Assembly: GCA_002269645.1 (NCBI GenBank)
Contig: NIVC01002566.1
Coordinates: 97,205 to 161,204 of the forward strand
Origin: Macrostomum lignano
Taxonomy: Eukaryota
Direction: 5' to 3'
DNA length: 64,000 nt
Position 1 is the stretch's first letter; each line of letters begins with the position of its first letter. The notes under the pieces were generated by a model that saw only the letters and a list, made by a program, of their open reading frames with translations, was not told the origin of the DNA and ran no database searches. This document shows, in pieces, positions 20,701-34,932 of this stretch. The position numbers were made by a program, and so were the translations under genes.

Positions 20701-23700
20701 GTTGACGGCTTATAAATATAGGTGATACCACGGGGCCTGTGAGGGTTGCTTTCACAAACGCGAAATTTCACAACCGCTAAATCACCTACTTTCACAACCG
20801 CGAAACTTCATAACCGCGAAACTTCACAACCGCTATTTTTTTTGCAGTCACTTTCATAAACGCGAAACTTCACAACCGCTAAATCACTCACTTTCATAAA
20901 CGCGAAACTTCACAACCGCTAAATCACCCACTTTCATAAGCGCGAAACTTCACAAACGCGAAACTTCACAACCGCTAAATGTCATCTACTTTCACAACCG
21001 CGAAACTTCATAACCACTAAAAAGACTGCAGTATATGAAAGTATGTGCAAAATTTTTAGCGGTTGTGAAGTTTCGCGTTTATGAAATTTAGCGCTCATGA
21101 AAGTAGGTGATTTAGCGGTTGTGAAGTTTCGCGGTTGTGAAGTTTCGCGTTTATGAAAGTGACTGCAAAAAAGTTAGCGGTTGTGAAGTTTCGCGTTTGT
21201 GAAGTTTCGCGTTTATGAAAGCAAGTGCTTTTAGCGGTTATGAAATTTCGCGTTTGTGAAACCCACCCGCCTGTGATACCCTGATACGCTTCAGTGTGAC
21301 TGTGGTACCCTGATATGCTTCAGTGTGACTGTGATACCCTGATATCCTTCAGTGTGTGCCTGTGATACCCTGATATCCTTCAGTGTGACTGATACCCTGA
21401 TATCTTTCAGTGTGTGCCTGTGATACCCTGATATCCTTCAGTGTGACTGATACCCTGATATCTTTCAGTGTGTGCCTGTGATACCCTGATATCCTTCAGT
21501 GTGTGCCTGTGATACCCTGATATCCTTCAGTATGACTGATACCCTGATATGCTTCAGTGTGACTGATACCCTGATATGCTTCAGTGTGACTGATACCCTG
21601 ATATCCTTCAGTGTGACTGATACCCTGATATCCTTCAGTGTGACTGATACCCTGATATCCTTCAGTGTGTGCCTGTGATACCCTGATATCCTTCAGTGTG
21701 ACTGTGATACCCTGATATCTTTCAGTGTGTGCCTGTGATACCCTGATATCCTTCAGTGTGTGCCTGTGATACCCTGATATCCTTCAGTATGACTGATACC
21801 CTGATATGCTTCAGTGTGACTGATACCCTGATATGCTTCAGTGTGACTGATACCCTGATATCCTTCAGTGTGACTGATACCCTGATATCCTTCAGTGTGA
21901 CTGTGATACCCTGATATCCTTCAGTGTGTGCCTGTGATACCCTGATATCCTTCAGTGTGTGCCTGTGATACCCTTCAGTGTGTGCCTGTGATACCCTGAT
22001 ATCCTTCAGTGTGACTGTGATACCCTGATATCATTCAGTGACTGTGATACCCTGATATCCTTCAGTGTGACTGTGATACCCTGATATCCTTCAGTGTGTG
22101 CCTGTGATACCCTGATATCCTTCAGTGTGTGCCTGTGATACTCTGATATCCTTCAGTGTGTGCCTGCGATACCCGGATATCTTTCAAAGCGTGATCCCTA
22201 ATCGTTCAGGAGTGACATTGGGAGTGATACACCAGCGAAAATACACCTGGAGAAAATGCCTACCTGCACTAAAATCATGTTAAGAGTTGGAACTTCGTCG
22301 TCAATAAGGGCTGTTTTGTCCTTAATCATGCTGACTCGAACGCGAACAACGTCGCAAACAATCGAGAAAATACGGCAGTGAACTAGCAGCTTGTCTGTTC
22401 TGCTGTGGATGGTAGAAAATAGCCTGCTACTGAGAATCTTTCTAAACAGGCTAGACTCTTTGCAGGTCCATTCGCCGTCAAAGTGAGTGAATCCGCGCGG
22501 CTTAATCTCGGCTAGTTTGATTTCGACAGCCAACGGAGGGTACTCTCGCAGATTTTCGGGCATGCTGCATAATTCATTGACAAGCACGCTGCCAGTGTTG
22601 CCGTAGTCGATAAATCTGACTAGAATCTTGCCAGCCTGCGGCGCGCCGAGCACGCAGCAGCGATAATAGTCTCCTTGGTAGGGAGCCAAAGCCATGAGTC
22701 CGACAAATGGCTCACTACTCAATCGAGTTTTAGTGCAACTCTGCAGCTGATTTAGCATCTCGTGCTCCATGCCAAAGAAATCTTTCGGAATGCCGTAAAA
22801 GTGCCCAACATTTACAACATGTGTTGGTTCAACAAAAAAATTTTGTTCTGAACCAAGACATGCAAGCGGCGATTTCGGCCCATCATTAGCCGCACTGGCA
22901 GCGAGTCGGTCGGGCCTCTTGGAGTAGAACTCCTGCAAAACCGACATAAATTTGCTGCGCTGATTGGCATCCCGGTAGCGCAATCGAAAGACGGCCATTT
23001 TTCCGGCCTTCAGCGCCAGCAGTACCGACGGATGAATTCGGCCAACCAAGGAAGGCAGGCCGCAGGCCGTGTCAGGATTAGACTTGGCCTCGGTGTCCAT
23101 GACGTGCTCAACGTCGAAGCTGACAAAACATTTTGAATTCTCACTGGATACGCTAGGCTCGCCGAGCACTTTGTGCATGCAATATTTTTTAACTAAATCG
23201 GCCAATTGGCGACGATATAAATCGCCTTCGTTAAGCGGAAATCCGCTAAACATGACAGTATTGCTAGGATCATGGCCGGCAAACTCTTTACTGGCGCCGG
23301 TCTCTCCGTAGGCGGACGTGTCTCTAATAAAGAAATTTGGATAGAAGGCGCCAGCCAGTACGATCGGCAATAAAATTTTGTCAACTTCGTCTTGCGGTTC
23401 CTTGGCGTTGGCGCCTTGACGCGAATTGGTTGGACGAATGTTAAATTTTTCTAATCGGCGAAGCAAATCAGTGTGCAAACTTTCCACTTCTTTTAACGCC
23501 CTCGGATCAATAAATTTGGCCCGGCACCAGCGAATCACTTCCATATCGGAATGGAAAACGCCCGATTGGCGATTCTGTAGAAAATTCTTAAATGCGCTGC
23601 ACATTGCGACGCTGTCCGAGCAAGAGCCTTGTGAGTAGATTAGTTTTTCCTCAAATGAGTAGATAGCCTGGTCCGGCTGGAAATCGACAATAGGCCTGAA

Positions 23701-26700
23701 AAATAGGCTTTTACTACTGCTCATGCAAGCGCCAATGATCACTCCGTCTTCTAGGCAGCCAAAGATGAAGCTGAGCACAATCAGCTTGCCAACAAGAATG
23801 TCAACAGGTAGATGAGCAATTACCCGGCCTAGAAAAGTCAATTCGCCGTCAAAATGATCGGCAACATTGCTTGATAGAGCGGAAACAAGTTTCAATCGAA
23901 TAACACTTTCGGCAATTCTAACTGGCGACGGTGGATCGATAGCAGCGGTTAAGAAGCTTAACGGCGCCTCGCCCATGAGTTTCACTTTGAGAATGCAATT
24001 CTCAATTGGGCAACGAAGCATAGCTGACGGTTCAAACTCCTCTAATTCAGCATCAATCTCTGGGGTAATTAGCCGGTAACAAACGCCTGACTGTAGGCGA
24101 CCAGCGCGACCCGAGCGCTGCTTCAAGTTGCTTTTTGATGCCCAACCAACGCGTAGACTGCTCAGCGTTGAGTTGTCATCCTTGCACAGATACTTAGTCT
24201 GGCACAGGTCGATAACGTAAACAATGTCTTCAATGGTAATAGAAGATTCGGCTATATTAGTAGCGAGAATGACTTTGCGCTTAAATTCGTAGTTGTTGAA
24301 CGCTCTTCTCTGCTGGTCAGCGCTGACAGTCGAGTGTAGTGGTATTATCTCCCAATCGTGGGGATCGATGCCGACGCATTTGGACGGATCCTAGAAATTA
24401 AAAATTAAGCACGTCATGTAAGTTTATCAATTTTTTACTTTCTATAGAAATTCTACATAGTGCTTGTTACAAGCGGTTTGTTTTATAGTCATTGCATTTA
24501 ATTGAACCTTCCAATTTCGTGATTGTTAGTGGGCTAGCTGCTCTGGGTAAGAGTCTTTAGACGTAGAGCATATTCAGGGTACTGATGAGGGTTGCTAGCG
24601 AGACACCCAGCCATTGTTATGGCCATAGACATTTTAAGTCTTTGTAACTTATTGCTAGATTTACAAATCAGTTTATAAAACGAAACTCAACAGTTTGCAT
24701 TTGCATAGTTTTGGCCATAGACAATAGTAAACAACCTTTTACTTGCGCAACACTCGGCCGAGCCGGCCGATTAGCAAAAATACCCACCCAAAATGCGGAC
24801 ATCTTAATAATTAGATAACGAGTTATATAGCCTTAATAATACAGTCATAGTTACTCCTGCCGTTTACTTAAAACAGCATCAATTTTTGCTTACGTTTTTT
24901 AAGTAAGTCACACGACCGGTGTACTTTCGGAGGTTGCGCATGTATGTTTATTACTACAGCATAATTGTCTAATTTCTCTAGAATAAAAAAGTAATCTTAA
25001 ACTTTCTTGCATTTTAGAACTCTGCGACGCTTTAATATAAAAATTACTAACCTTGAGATAGTCGCTCAACGATATAATATCGTACAGTCCGGGTAGAAAA
25101 ACTAGCACAGCGCCAGAATCGAAGCTGGCTATTAATCTCTTAATTAGTTCCTTTTTGTGCTCGTTAATCTCAAAATCGTCCGGATCAACGTCCTGGGGAG
25201 TTAATCTGGGCAATTGAACATCGTTCTGCCTCGGCTGAACGTTGTTGACGCGTTCAATAGCGTCGTAATAATAATACGTCTCTACATCATAGGGCGCCTC
25301 GGAGACCCTAATAGTGTCCAAGGTGTCATCGGCCTTGTCGCTGCACAGGTAACGACGGATTTTTGCGTCATCCATTGTGGCGCTCATGACGACAAGCTTA
25401 GTTCCTGTTCCCGATGCGCCCATTAGCTGTTTGATAACTAATAGGCACATGTCCATCTCAAGGTCGCGCTCGTGCGCCTCATCTAGAATAATATGACTCC
25501 AAGAGTCTAGCCGCTTGGAGTGAATCAGCTTCTCCAGCAGGACACCAGTAGTGACGTACAGAATGCAAGTATCCTGGGATTGCTGATTATCTAAACCGAT
25601 TTGATAACCGCAACGGGCATTTTTGGCCCAATTTCTTTGCTTACAAATCCAATCCGACACTGAGACAGCGGCAATACGACGCGGCTGCGTAACAATAATA
25701 TTAACCGGCTGTTCCTTGTCAACGGCATTGTCTAGAATATACTGCGGCACTTGGGTACTCTTGCCGCAGCCAGTATTGCCTTGAATAAACACAATATCGC
25801 TGCATTGCAATGATCGCAATATGTCCTCTCTGTGCTGTAGAATTGGCAGCCGTTTATAACGGGCCGGATCCCATGGCAGGTCGCTGCTGCGCGTCACAAT
25901 TCTAGGCGCGGCAAGGCCTGAAGGCTGGGCCTCAACAATAGTGTGATTGGTTTGATCGCGCAAACTAGTGATATTAGTAAGGGTTTCCAAGGCGCTAATG
26001 CTGGCAGATTCTGGCCGGATTTGTTGCCGCTGAAACCGCTGCTCCCGCAGTTGTTGCTCGTATTCGGCGGCGGTTGGGCCGTCACTACTAGCAGTAGCAC
26101 CGCCATCTCTAGATGTTGCCGCGATGTTACGTGTGAGAACGTAATTATTTATGCCGAGCGATTCAACTTGTCTGACAGCCTGCAGTTGAGAAGTTCAAAT
26201 AGGAAACAAATTTAGCTAGAATTTCTACATCGACGAAGCCTAAATTTATGCTCGTAATAAATAAGAACACGATAAGTTGAATGATTAGAGAGTTCTCAGT
26301 GAAGGACCAGAGGGAGCCCAAAGAAGGATTAGAGGGGGCCCAGAGAAGGACCAGAGGAAACCCAGTGAAAGATCAGAGAGAATCCAGTGAAGGACTAGAG
26401 GGAATCCAGTGAAAGATCAGAGAGAATCCAGTGAATGATTAGAGAGAATCCAGTGAATGATTAGAGAGAATCCAGTGAAGGACCAGAGGGAATCCAGTGA
26501 AGCACCAGAGAGAATCCAGTGAAGCACCAGAGGGAATCCAGTGAAGCACCAGTGGGAATCCAGTGAAGCACCAGAGAGAATCCAGTGAAGGACCAGAGAG
26601 AATCCAGTGAAGGACCAGAGGGAATCCAGTGAAGCACCAGTGGGAATCCAGTGAAGCACCAGAGAGAATCCAGTGAAGGACCAGAGGGAATCCAGTGAAG

Positions 26701-27232
26701 CACCAGAAGGAATCCAGTGAAGGACCAGTGGGAATCCAGTGAAGGACCAGAGGGAATCCAGTGAAGGACCAGAGGGAATCCAGTGAAGCACCAGAGGGAA
26801 TCCAGTGAAGGACCAGTGGGAATCCAGTGAAGGACCAGTGGGAATCCAGTGAAGGACCAGAGGGAATCCAGTGAAGGACCAGAGGGAATCCAGTGAAGGA
26901 CCAGAGGGAATCCAGTGAAGGACCAGAGGGAATCCAGTGAAATACCAGAGGGAATCCAGTGAAGCACCAGTGGGAATCCAGTGAAGCACCAGAGAGAATC
27001 CAGTGAAGGACCAGAGAGAATCCAGTGAAGGACCAGAAACAGGCACGAGTCAGTTAGGAAGACAAGCCAAAATTAGCTAAATTAAACTTACCTGAGCATA
27101 AGCGGGCGAATTGTCTAATCCTTGGCTTCTATCAGTCTGAACAGCAGGTTGGGGCCGAAAATTCTTAGGCTCCGTTGAAATACGTGTCAGCCCAGTTGGA
27201 TTAAAGGTTTCACCATGGACAAAGGTGCGCAT
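17716..27232 (-). CDS. TDRD9: Spindle-E/TDRD9 DExH-box Tudor RNA helicase; exons about 27232(or 27268)-27092, 26179-25052, 24390-22264, 20693-19918, 18283-17716
   Basis: GNTGCGKSTQVPQ, TQPRRIAA, DEAH, SAT, FLPG, ATNIAESSITI, QRSGRAGR, HA2 region, Tudor (APYQGDYYRC...FIDYGN) and a C-terminal CxxC...H...H finger. All junctions are GT-AG with matching phases (0,0,0,2). Exact start codon uncertain. Confidence 0.92.
18735..19815. repeat. ~30-bp minisatellite (atgagccttgacatcttagcaattcc[c]n) in TDRD9 intron 4
   Basis: Tandem units with variable C-runs. Confidence 0.95.
20743..21268. mobile_element. Non-autonomous foldback-type DNA transposon with TIRs built from subrepeats (MULE/Phantom- or Merlin-like)
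   Basis: Left half is ttcacaaccgcgaaac subrepeats, right half their reverse complement. Termini gggt.../...accc; exact 8-bp TSD gcctgtga (20735-20742, 21269-21276). Confidence 0.8.
21269..22190. repeat. 27/29/31-bp minisatellite (gtgataccctgatatccttcagtgtgtgcct) in TDRD9 intron 3
   Basis: Tandem units running to about 70 bp from the donor at 22263. Confidence 0.95.
26295..27036. repeat. 22-bp minisatellite (agagggaatccagtgaaggacc) in TDRD9 intron 1
   Basis: Tandem units. Confidence 0.95.
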
Positions 27233-30200
27233 CAACTGGTTGACAAACGCTGGATCACCAGCAGCAAACTGAGACCTGCACACAAGTCAAGTTGAGTGAA
27301 TATGTTAAAGGGCTTTTTCTAATAAAAATAAAACAATCTTCATTGAGGCGGCCAGAGGCCATGTGACTAGGAGTCAGTGTATCTGATCCTTATTATCAAA
27401 GTGCTAGGTTTTTCTATCTGAAAAAAGCACTTGTCAAAGCTATTGCTAGTTTTTCAACCAAAAAGATACCTTAGATGTGGATCTCTGAGTTAAAGAAAGC
27501 TAGAGTGAATCATAGTGTATTCAGTGAGATTTGTAGTTTTCTTAGCCAGCTATAACATGCAACTAACAGCAACAATATCAATACTTCTGTTGTGTCTGAG
27601 ACTAAAGTTATTTATGCCCATATCTTGTGCAACATTCTTAATGTTATAAAACACTCAATCTCATGGCAAATTTTTATTCTACTTAACTACTTGACAAAAC
27701 TCGACTCAAAAAACTCAGCTTGAGTTCGTCTAGGCTCTACTGTATAGCTTAGCTTACGGAGCCAATTGCTAGACTCAGGGGTGTAGCCAAGGGGGGGTCA
27801 TGGGGGACATGACCTCCCCTCCCAGCCAGCTGATCCAGGCCAAATTTTCAGGCCCCTCCCCCATTGCAAAGGCCTAGCACCCCTGCCCCTAGTTGCTGCT
27901 GTGAGCCTGTGACTAACTGTGACCCCCCCCCCCAGAAGGAAATCCAATATGCTAATAAATACCAAATATATTAACTTATACAATACTTCAATTTGTCAAT
28001 TTTGAAACATTGCTATTAGACTAGTGTTTTCAATTTTAATATTTAATTTTAATTGGATGAAGTTAAAAAATAAAAAGATGTTTATATATCTAAAGAACAA
28101 AAACAAAACTTGTGCATTTTTGTTAAAATTTCAAATTTTTACTTTGTAAAAAACAGGGAAATCAGTTCTGCATTAAATAGTTATCAAATTTTATATTTAT
28201 ATATGCATAGAAAAGTATTGTGATTATTACTAATGTAATTGTTTCTTTTTTGGTGCATGGTAAACACCAAAATATTTTATACTCTGGATCATGTTGGATG
28301 CATGCTAGAATATATACCAGGGAGTTTTTTGTTTGTACACTTATTGAATGTCATCCTCACCAATTAAATGCTATATACACCATTGACAATAATTAAGATG
28401 CCTACAAAAAAAGCAAAAAATATATGCAAAAATATGTTTAAAAATGCACAAGAAATTATATAGCTTAAGAAAAAATTTATAACTATAGGCATTAGTATAA
28501 AACTATTTTATAAATAATTTTGGTACAAAAATATTTTTGTAAATTCTCTCTTTTTTGTAGTAAAAATAAATAATATAAAGTAAATTTACAAGTAATTTCA
28601 GAAACTCAAGACTGTCCCACTATACAAGCATACTATACCACATTCTATGCCATCAAGCTATTACATAGCATAGTATATGATTATGCTATATATCCAAATG
28701 TAGGCCAAAAGTTTTAGCCAAACCAAATACACACTGGAATTTTCTAGTATAATACATACTATCTAGAGTTTAAAAATTTAAATGTATATACTAAAAAGCC
28801 TACAATGATTTTTATACCAAAATATACACCAAAATTCTTAAATATACCCTGGAAATTTCTAGCATAGATGCCTCTTGCCTGACTATAGAATAAATAAATA
28901 TGATAAAAAATGATATGTTAATAAAATTATAAAAAAATGAAAATGATAATCTTCTATCGCAACAAGTAAAGATTGCAATCCTAGGATCCTAATCTCAAAT
29001 CATTTTTAATTTTAATAAATTGCAATCAATTTATAAATTTATTTTTCATATAGGCCTCCATTATAATAAAACTACTGCTATTTATTTTATTTGTATCTTT
29101 TACTTTTATACACATCAATTAAGTTCAATTGTACATTGTTATTGCACTATGTAAACATTGCAAACTATATGTACTATATGCAAACATGGATGCGCACAAA
29201 TTTGGTGACAGAAATTTATCATAGATAAATTTAACAAAAGCAAATAAAATGTTTTTTTTATGGCTAAAGAAAAATTAAAGTAAATTACATTAACATAGTT
29301 AAAAGGAAATTTTAATTCTTGCAAAGACAAGGAAACCATAGTCCCAATCATGCTAGGTATGTGCCTGAACAAATATTAAATAATTACAAATGCACACCAA
29401 AAAACTTTTTGCATGCTTATTCCCAATATTATACTGGTGACAATAAAGTGACATTTTTTACATTGTGACACTATATGACCTTTTTTAAATTGCATAAAAG
29501 AACCTTTATAGCAGATAATTTGATTGACTTTCATAGTTTTTCAGTGATACTATTTATAGTAGAAAATTGATATATGCAGATTTGTTTAAAAGCTTAATTG
29601 CAAGCTTAAAAAACTGGAAAGCTTGAAATTTACACCTAAAAATGATTTTTTCATATTTTATTCTATTTAACACTAACTCTTCTATGTGATTCTATAAAGT
29701 TCACACCAAGTGTGCATACACAGTATTTTCTTAGGAGTGATATATGCCAACTATGCATATCAACTTTTGGCATGCAAGGCCAATGCACCCCTAAATTTTT
29801 GGGTATATACTATATGATCCGGAGTGTGGCAAGAAAAAAGCTTTTAAAACCCACAACTAAATAATTAAAAGATAAAACAAATTCAATTAAAAGGAAAAGC
29901 TTATATGCATTATAGAATACTCTTGTACCAAAGGAATTATCTAAATTATACATTGGTGTTCTACTATAAAGGGAGGTCTATGTGCTATAGTTAGAGCCAT
30001 AAATAAAACTATAGCTTATTCCAATTCTTTGTATTCTATAGCCATAGGGACCCCAATATTACCATATTCCCTTGGTTTGCATAGCTATAGTTTTAACAAT
30101 AAGTCTAAAAAACAAAATATTTGGAATTAGGAAGATAGCCTAATAACAACTGTAAATTAAAGTAGAAAATAAAATAAATATCTGATTGCCTTTGTAAGAT

Positions 30201-30539
30201 TATATTTTATCTTTTTTATAGAGTAACAAGCTGTTGAAACCTGTAGATTTTAAACATGGGGAATTCCAATCCCCAGAACTACTTTGGCATGTATTCTGAA
30301 ATCTAAGGCCATACACAAATAAAAACTTGTTTATAGTTAGTAGAATAGAGGTAGACATTAAATGGAGCACATTTGTATAAAATTAGGGTTTGAGGCAAAC
30401 ATTGATATTGTTGGCTGGGGTACTGCACAGAATGTTAGGCAAGGTCTGTCTGACTCTAAAACAGGTATTGGCAAACTCTGGCCTTTCCCTGACTCTCTCT
30501 ATGTCCCTTGGATCCTTTAAAATTTTTATTGTCTTTTCT

Positions 30540-31660
<1,121 letters not shown>

Positions 31661-32015
31661 AGCCATGAGCTAGATTCTTTATCTGGCCTTTGAGGTAAAA
31701 GTCTGCCTATCCTTGCTTGGAAAGCCAGTTTGTGGGACATAGTACTTTCATGGTTGTTCTCATGCTTTGATCACATCATCTTTCTTGCCAATTTGCAGCC
31801 CTGAAAAGAATTTGTGTATCTTTAGCTCCACTGCAGTCTGCATTAGTCCAACAACCAAGGAAATACGCATTTCTTAGGAGGCCATTTAAAATTTACATAG
31901 TACCTTTAAAAGAAACCTAAAATTTCCATGGTGTGCCTAATTTAGTAGGGTTATACTGCATTGCATTGCATCACTTTTTTATAAATCTTTTGCTTTTACA
32001 AACCATGCTGGATTC

Positions 32016-33174
32016 TAGTGTTCCGCCGCCGCGAGTTTTGACCTCCGTAACCGTAACCGTAGCCGTAAGAAAGAAGCAACTTCCGTAGCCGAATTTTGCC
32101 GTCATTACGGGCTAAAAAAGTCCATAACCGTAATTTGCTGTAACCGTAGCCGTAATGTATAACACAAATTGATATTTTTGTATGAAAAGTAGGGCAGACA
32201 GAAAAGGACAGATAAAAAGGATAAAAGGATAGCAATAAAACCTACTTGTTGTTCGTTCATGCATTAATATTCATTTATTTTTTTGTAAATATAATATCTT
32301 TATCGAAGTATTCTATAGCATTGTTGTATGCAATTGTGTGCTTGGTGCCTTTTTCAGTTTTCTGTGTCGTGATTCTGTTTTGTTTCGCTACAATATGAAT
32401 ATATGACTGACGTGCCAAGGTCAATGTGTATGTTTAATATTATTAAATAAATATATGAATTTGTTCAAATAAAACTGCTTCAAAATTTCCGATGACTAAG
32501 AAATTGCATGTTACATTTTTCATTTTCATTTTATTGCATTGTCTATTGTATTGTCTTCTTTGGTTTCAATCAATTTTCAATCATAATTCATATTCTTATC
32601 CTATTAGTATTTATTTAGTATTTCCTTATTAATATTCTTTCATCCTTATCCTCATAATCTAAATCTAATATCCTATTTTTATGCTAAGGAGCTAAATGCT
32701 ACATATGGCTAGGAAATAAGAATGCCAGATTCTTAGTCTCTTGTAGGCTTTGACTGGCTCTCTCTGTCTCGCTGCTATCATGCTATCGCTATGCTATGCT
32801 ATGCCGTATGCCTAATGAGAAAATTTGTGAAAAAATTCGTTTTTCATTTTCATTTTCATTTTCATTTTCATTTTTCATTTTCGTAGATATTTAGAAACTT
32901 AACAAATGTAAAAAATAATAATAACTAGTAAAACAAAATGAAAACTGGTTGAAGTTGATATAAAAAAATTCTTTTATAACACTAAACAGTTAAAAATAAA
33001 TAATTTTTGTTACGGCTACCAATTACGGCAAGTCTAGAAAAATCTCCGTAATCCGTAACCGTAACCGTAAGCTCAAAATATGTCCGTAACCGTAATCCGT
33101 AATGAAAATACGGCTTCAAAAGTGTCGTAGCCGTAATTTGCCGTAGCCGTAGCCATAATTACAGCGGAACACTA
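32016..33174. mobile_element. Non-autonomous hAT-type element, copy A
   Basis: Perfect 11-bp TIR tagtgttccgc/gcggaacacta, exact 8-bp TSD ctggattc, dense subterminal ccgtaa/ccgtag motifs. Confidence 0.88.
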
Positions 33175-33812
33175 CTGGATTCCCTTGATTTGCCAATTGC
33201 CATCCACTGTTAAACTGCTGCAGAGTTTGCCAATACAAAGGGGAGGGCTGTGGTTAGAATTTCTCACTAAACTGTAATGGCTAATTGTAGCCTCTCAACT
33301 CTCAAGGTCCAGAGAAGGCTATAAATAAAGTTATTCCAAAACACTATACATTTGCTATGTACATTTGGCCTTATCGCCTGACCCTTGGTCTGGCTCTGGG
33401 GGAATGAGTGAGTAAGTGGCACAAACAACAGAAAAAGCAGACAAACTTCACACGCTTACAGTTTCTTTTTTGAATGAGTTACAGAGTTGTAACTTTACAT
33501 TTAGACAGAGAATGAGTCAATGAAGAATTGTGTCAAATTTGAAGTCAATTGCTTTGCGTGGAGCAAACTTAAAGCAGCCATTTTAAAGGTCATTTTAAAA
33601 CCTATTTACACCCTTTGCCCAGATTGGGAAAGAGAGAAGGGCAGGCAAAGGTTGGGGTGGCTGTCTTGCTGACAAAAAACAGTCTAACTTGAAAAGAGGC
33701 TAGTAAAAGAAACCTAAAATTTCCATGGTGTGCCTAATTTAGTAGGGTTATACTGCATTGCATTGCATCACTTTTTTATAAATCTTTTGCTTTTACAAAC
33801 CATGCTGGATTC

Positions 33813-34932
33813 TAGTGTTCCGCCGCCGCGAGTTTTGACCTCCGTAACCGTAACCGTAGCCATAAAAAGAAGCAACTTCCGTAGCCGAATTTTGCCGTCA
33901 TTACGGGCTAAAAAAGTCCATAACCGTAATTTGCCGTAACCGTAGCCGTAATGTATAACACAAATTGATATTTTTGCATGAAAAGTAGGGCAGACAGAAA
34001 AGGACAGATAAAAAGGATAAAAGGATAGCAATAAAACCTACTTGTTGTTCGTTCATGCATTAATATTCATTTATTTTTTTTGTAAATATAATATCTTTAT
34101 CGAAGTATTCTATAGCATTGTTGTATGCAATTGTGTGCTTGGTGCCTTTTTCAGTTTTCTGTGTCGTGATTCTGTTTTGTTTCGCTACAATATGAATATA
34201 TGACTGACGTGCCAAGGTCAATGTGTATGTTTAATATCATTAAATAAATATATGAATTTGTTCAAATAAAACTGCTTCAAAATTTCCGATGACTAAGAAA
34301 TTGCATGTTACATTTTTCATTTTCATTTTATTGCATTGTCTTCTTTGGTTTCAATCAATTTTCAATCATAATTCATATTCTTATCCTATTAGTATTTATT
34401 TAGTATTTCCTTATTAATATTCTTTCATCCTTATCCTCATAATCTAAATCTAATATCCTATTTTTATGCTAAGGAGCTAAATGCTACATATGGCTAAGAA
34501 ATAAGAATGCCAGATTCTTAGTTTCTTGTAGGCTTTGACTGGCTCTTTCTGTCTCGCTGCTATCATGCTATCGCTATGCTATGCTATGCCGTATGCCTAA
34601 TGAGAAAATTTGTGAAAAAATTCGTTTTTCATTTTCAAGAAGTTTCGTAGATATTTAGAAACTTAACAAATGTAAAAAATAATAATAACTAGTAAAACAA
34701 AATGAAAACTGGTTGAAGTTGATATAAAAAAATTATTTTATAACACTAAACAGTTAAAAATAAATAATTTTTGTTACGGCTACCAATTACGGCAAGTCTA
34801 GAAAAATCTCCGTAATCCGTAACCGTAAGCTCAAAATATGTCCGTAACCGTAATCCGTAATGAAAATACGGCTTCAAAAGTGTCGTAGCCGTAATTTGCC
34901 GTAGCCGTAGCCATAATTACAGCGGAACACTA
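33813..34932. mobile_element. Non-autonomous hAT-type element, copy B
   Basis: Same TIR and the same TSD ctggattc (33805-33812, 34933-34940). Confidence 0.88.

Noticed and set aside
27776-27935. Possible hAT MITE starting caggggtgtagcca
   Set aside because: Only an 8-bp right-end match (cacccctg at about 27885) and no TSD; too decayed to call.
32040-33160. ccgtaa motifs as a spliced-leader RNA gene
   Set aside because: They are subterminal repeats of the hAT element; no SL exon, donor or Sm site follows.
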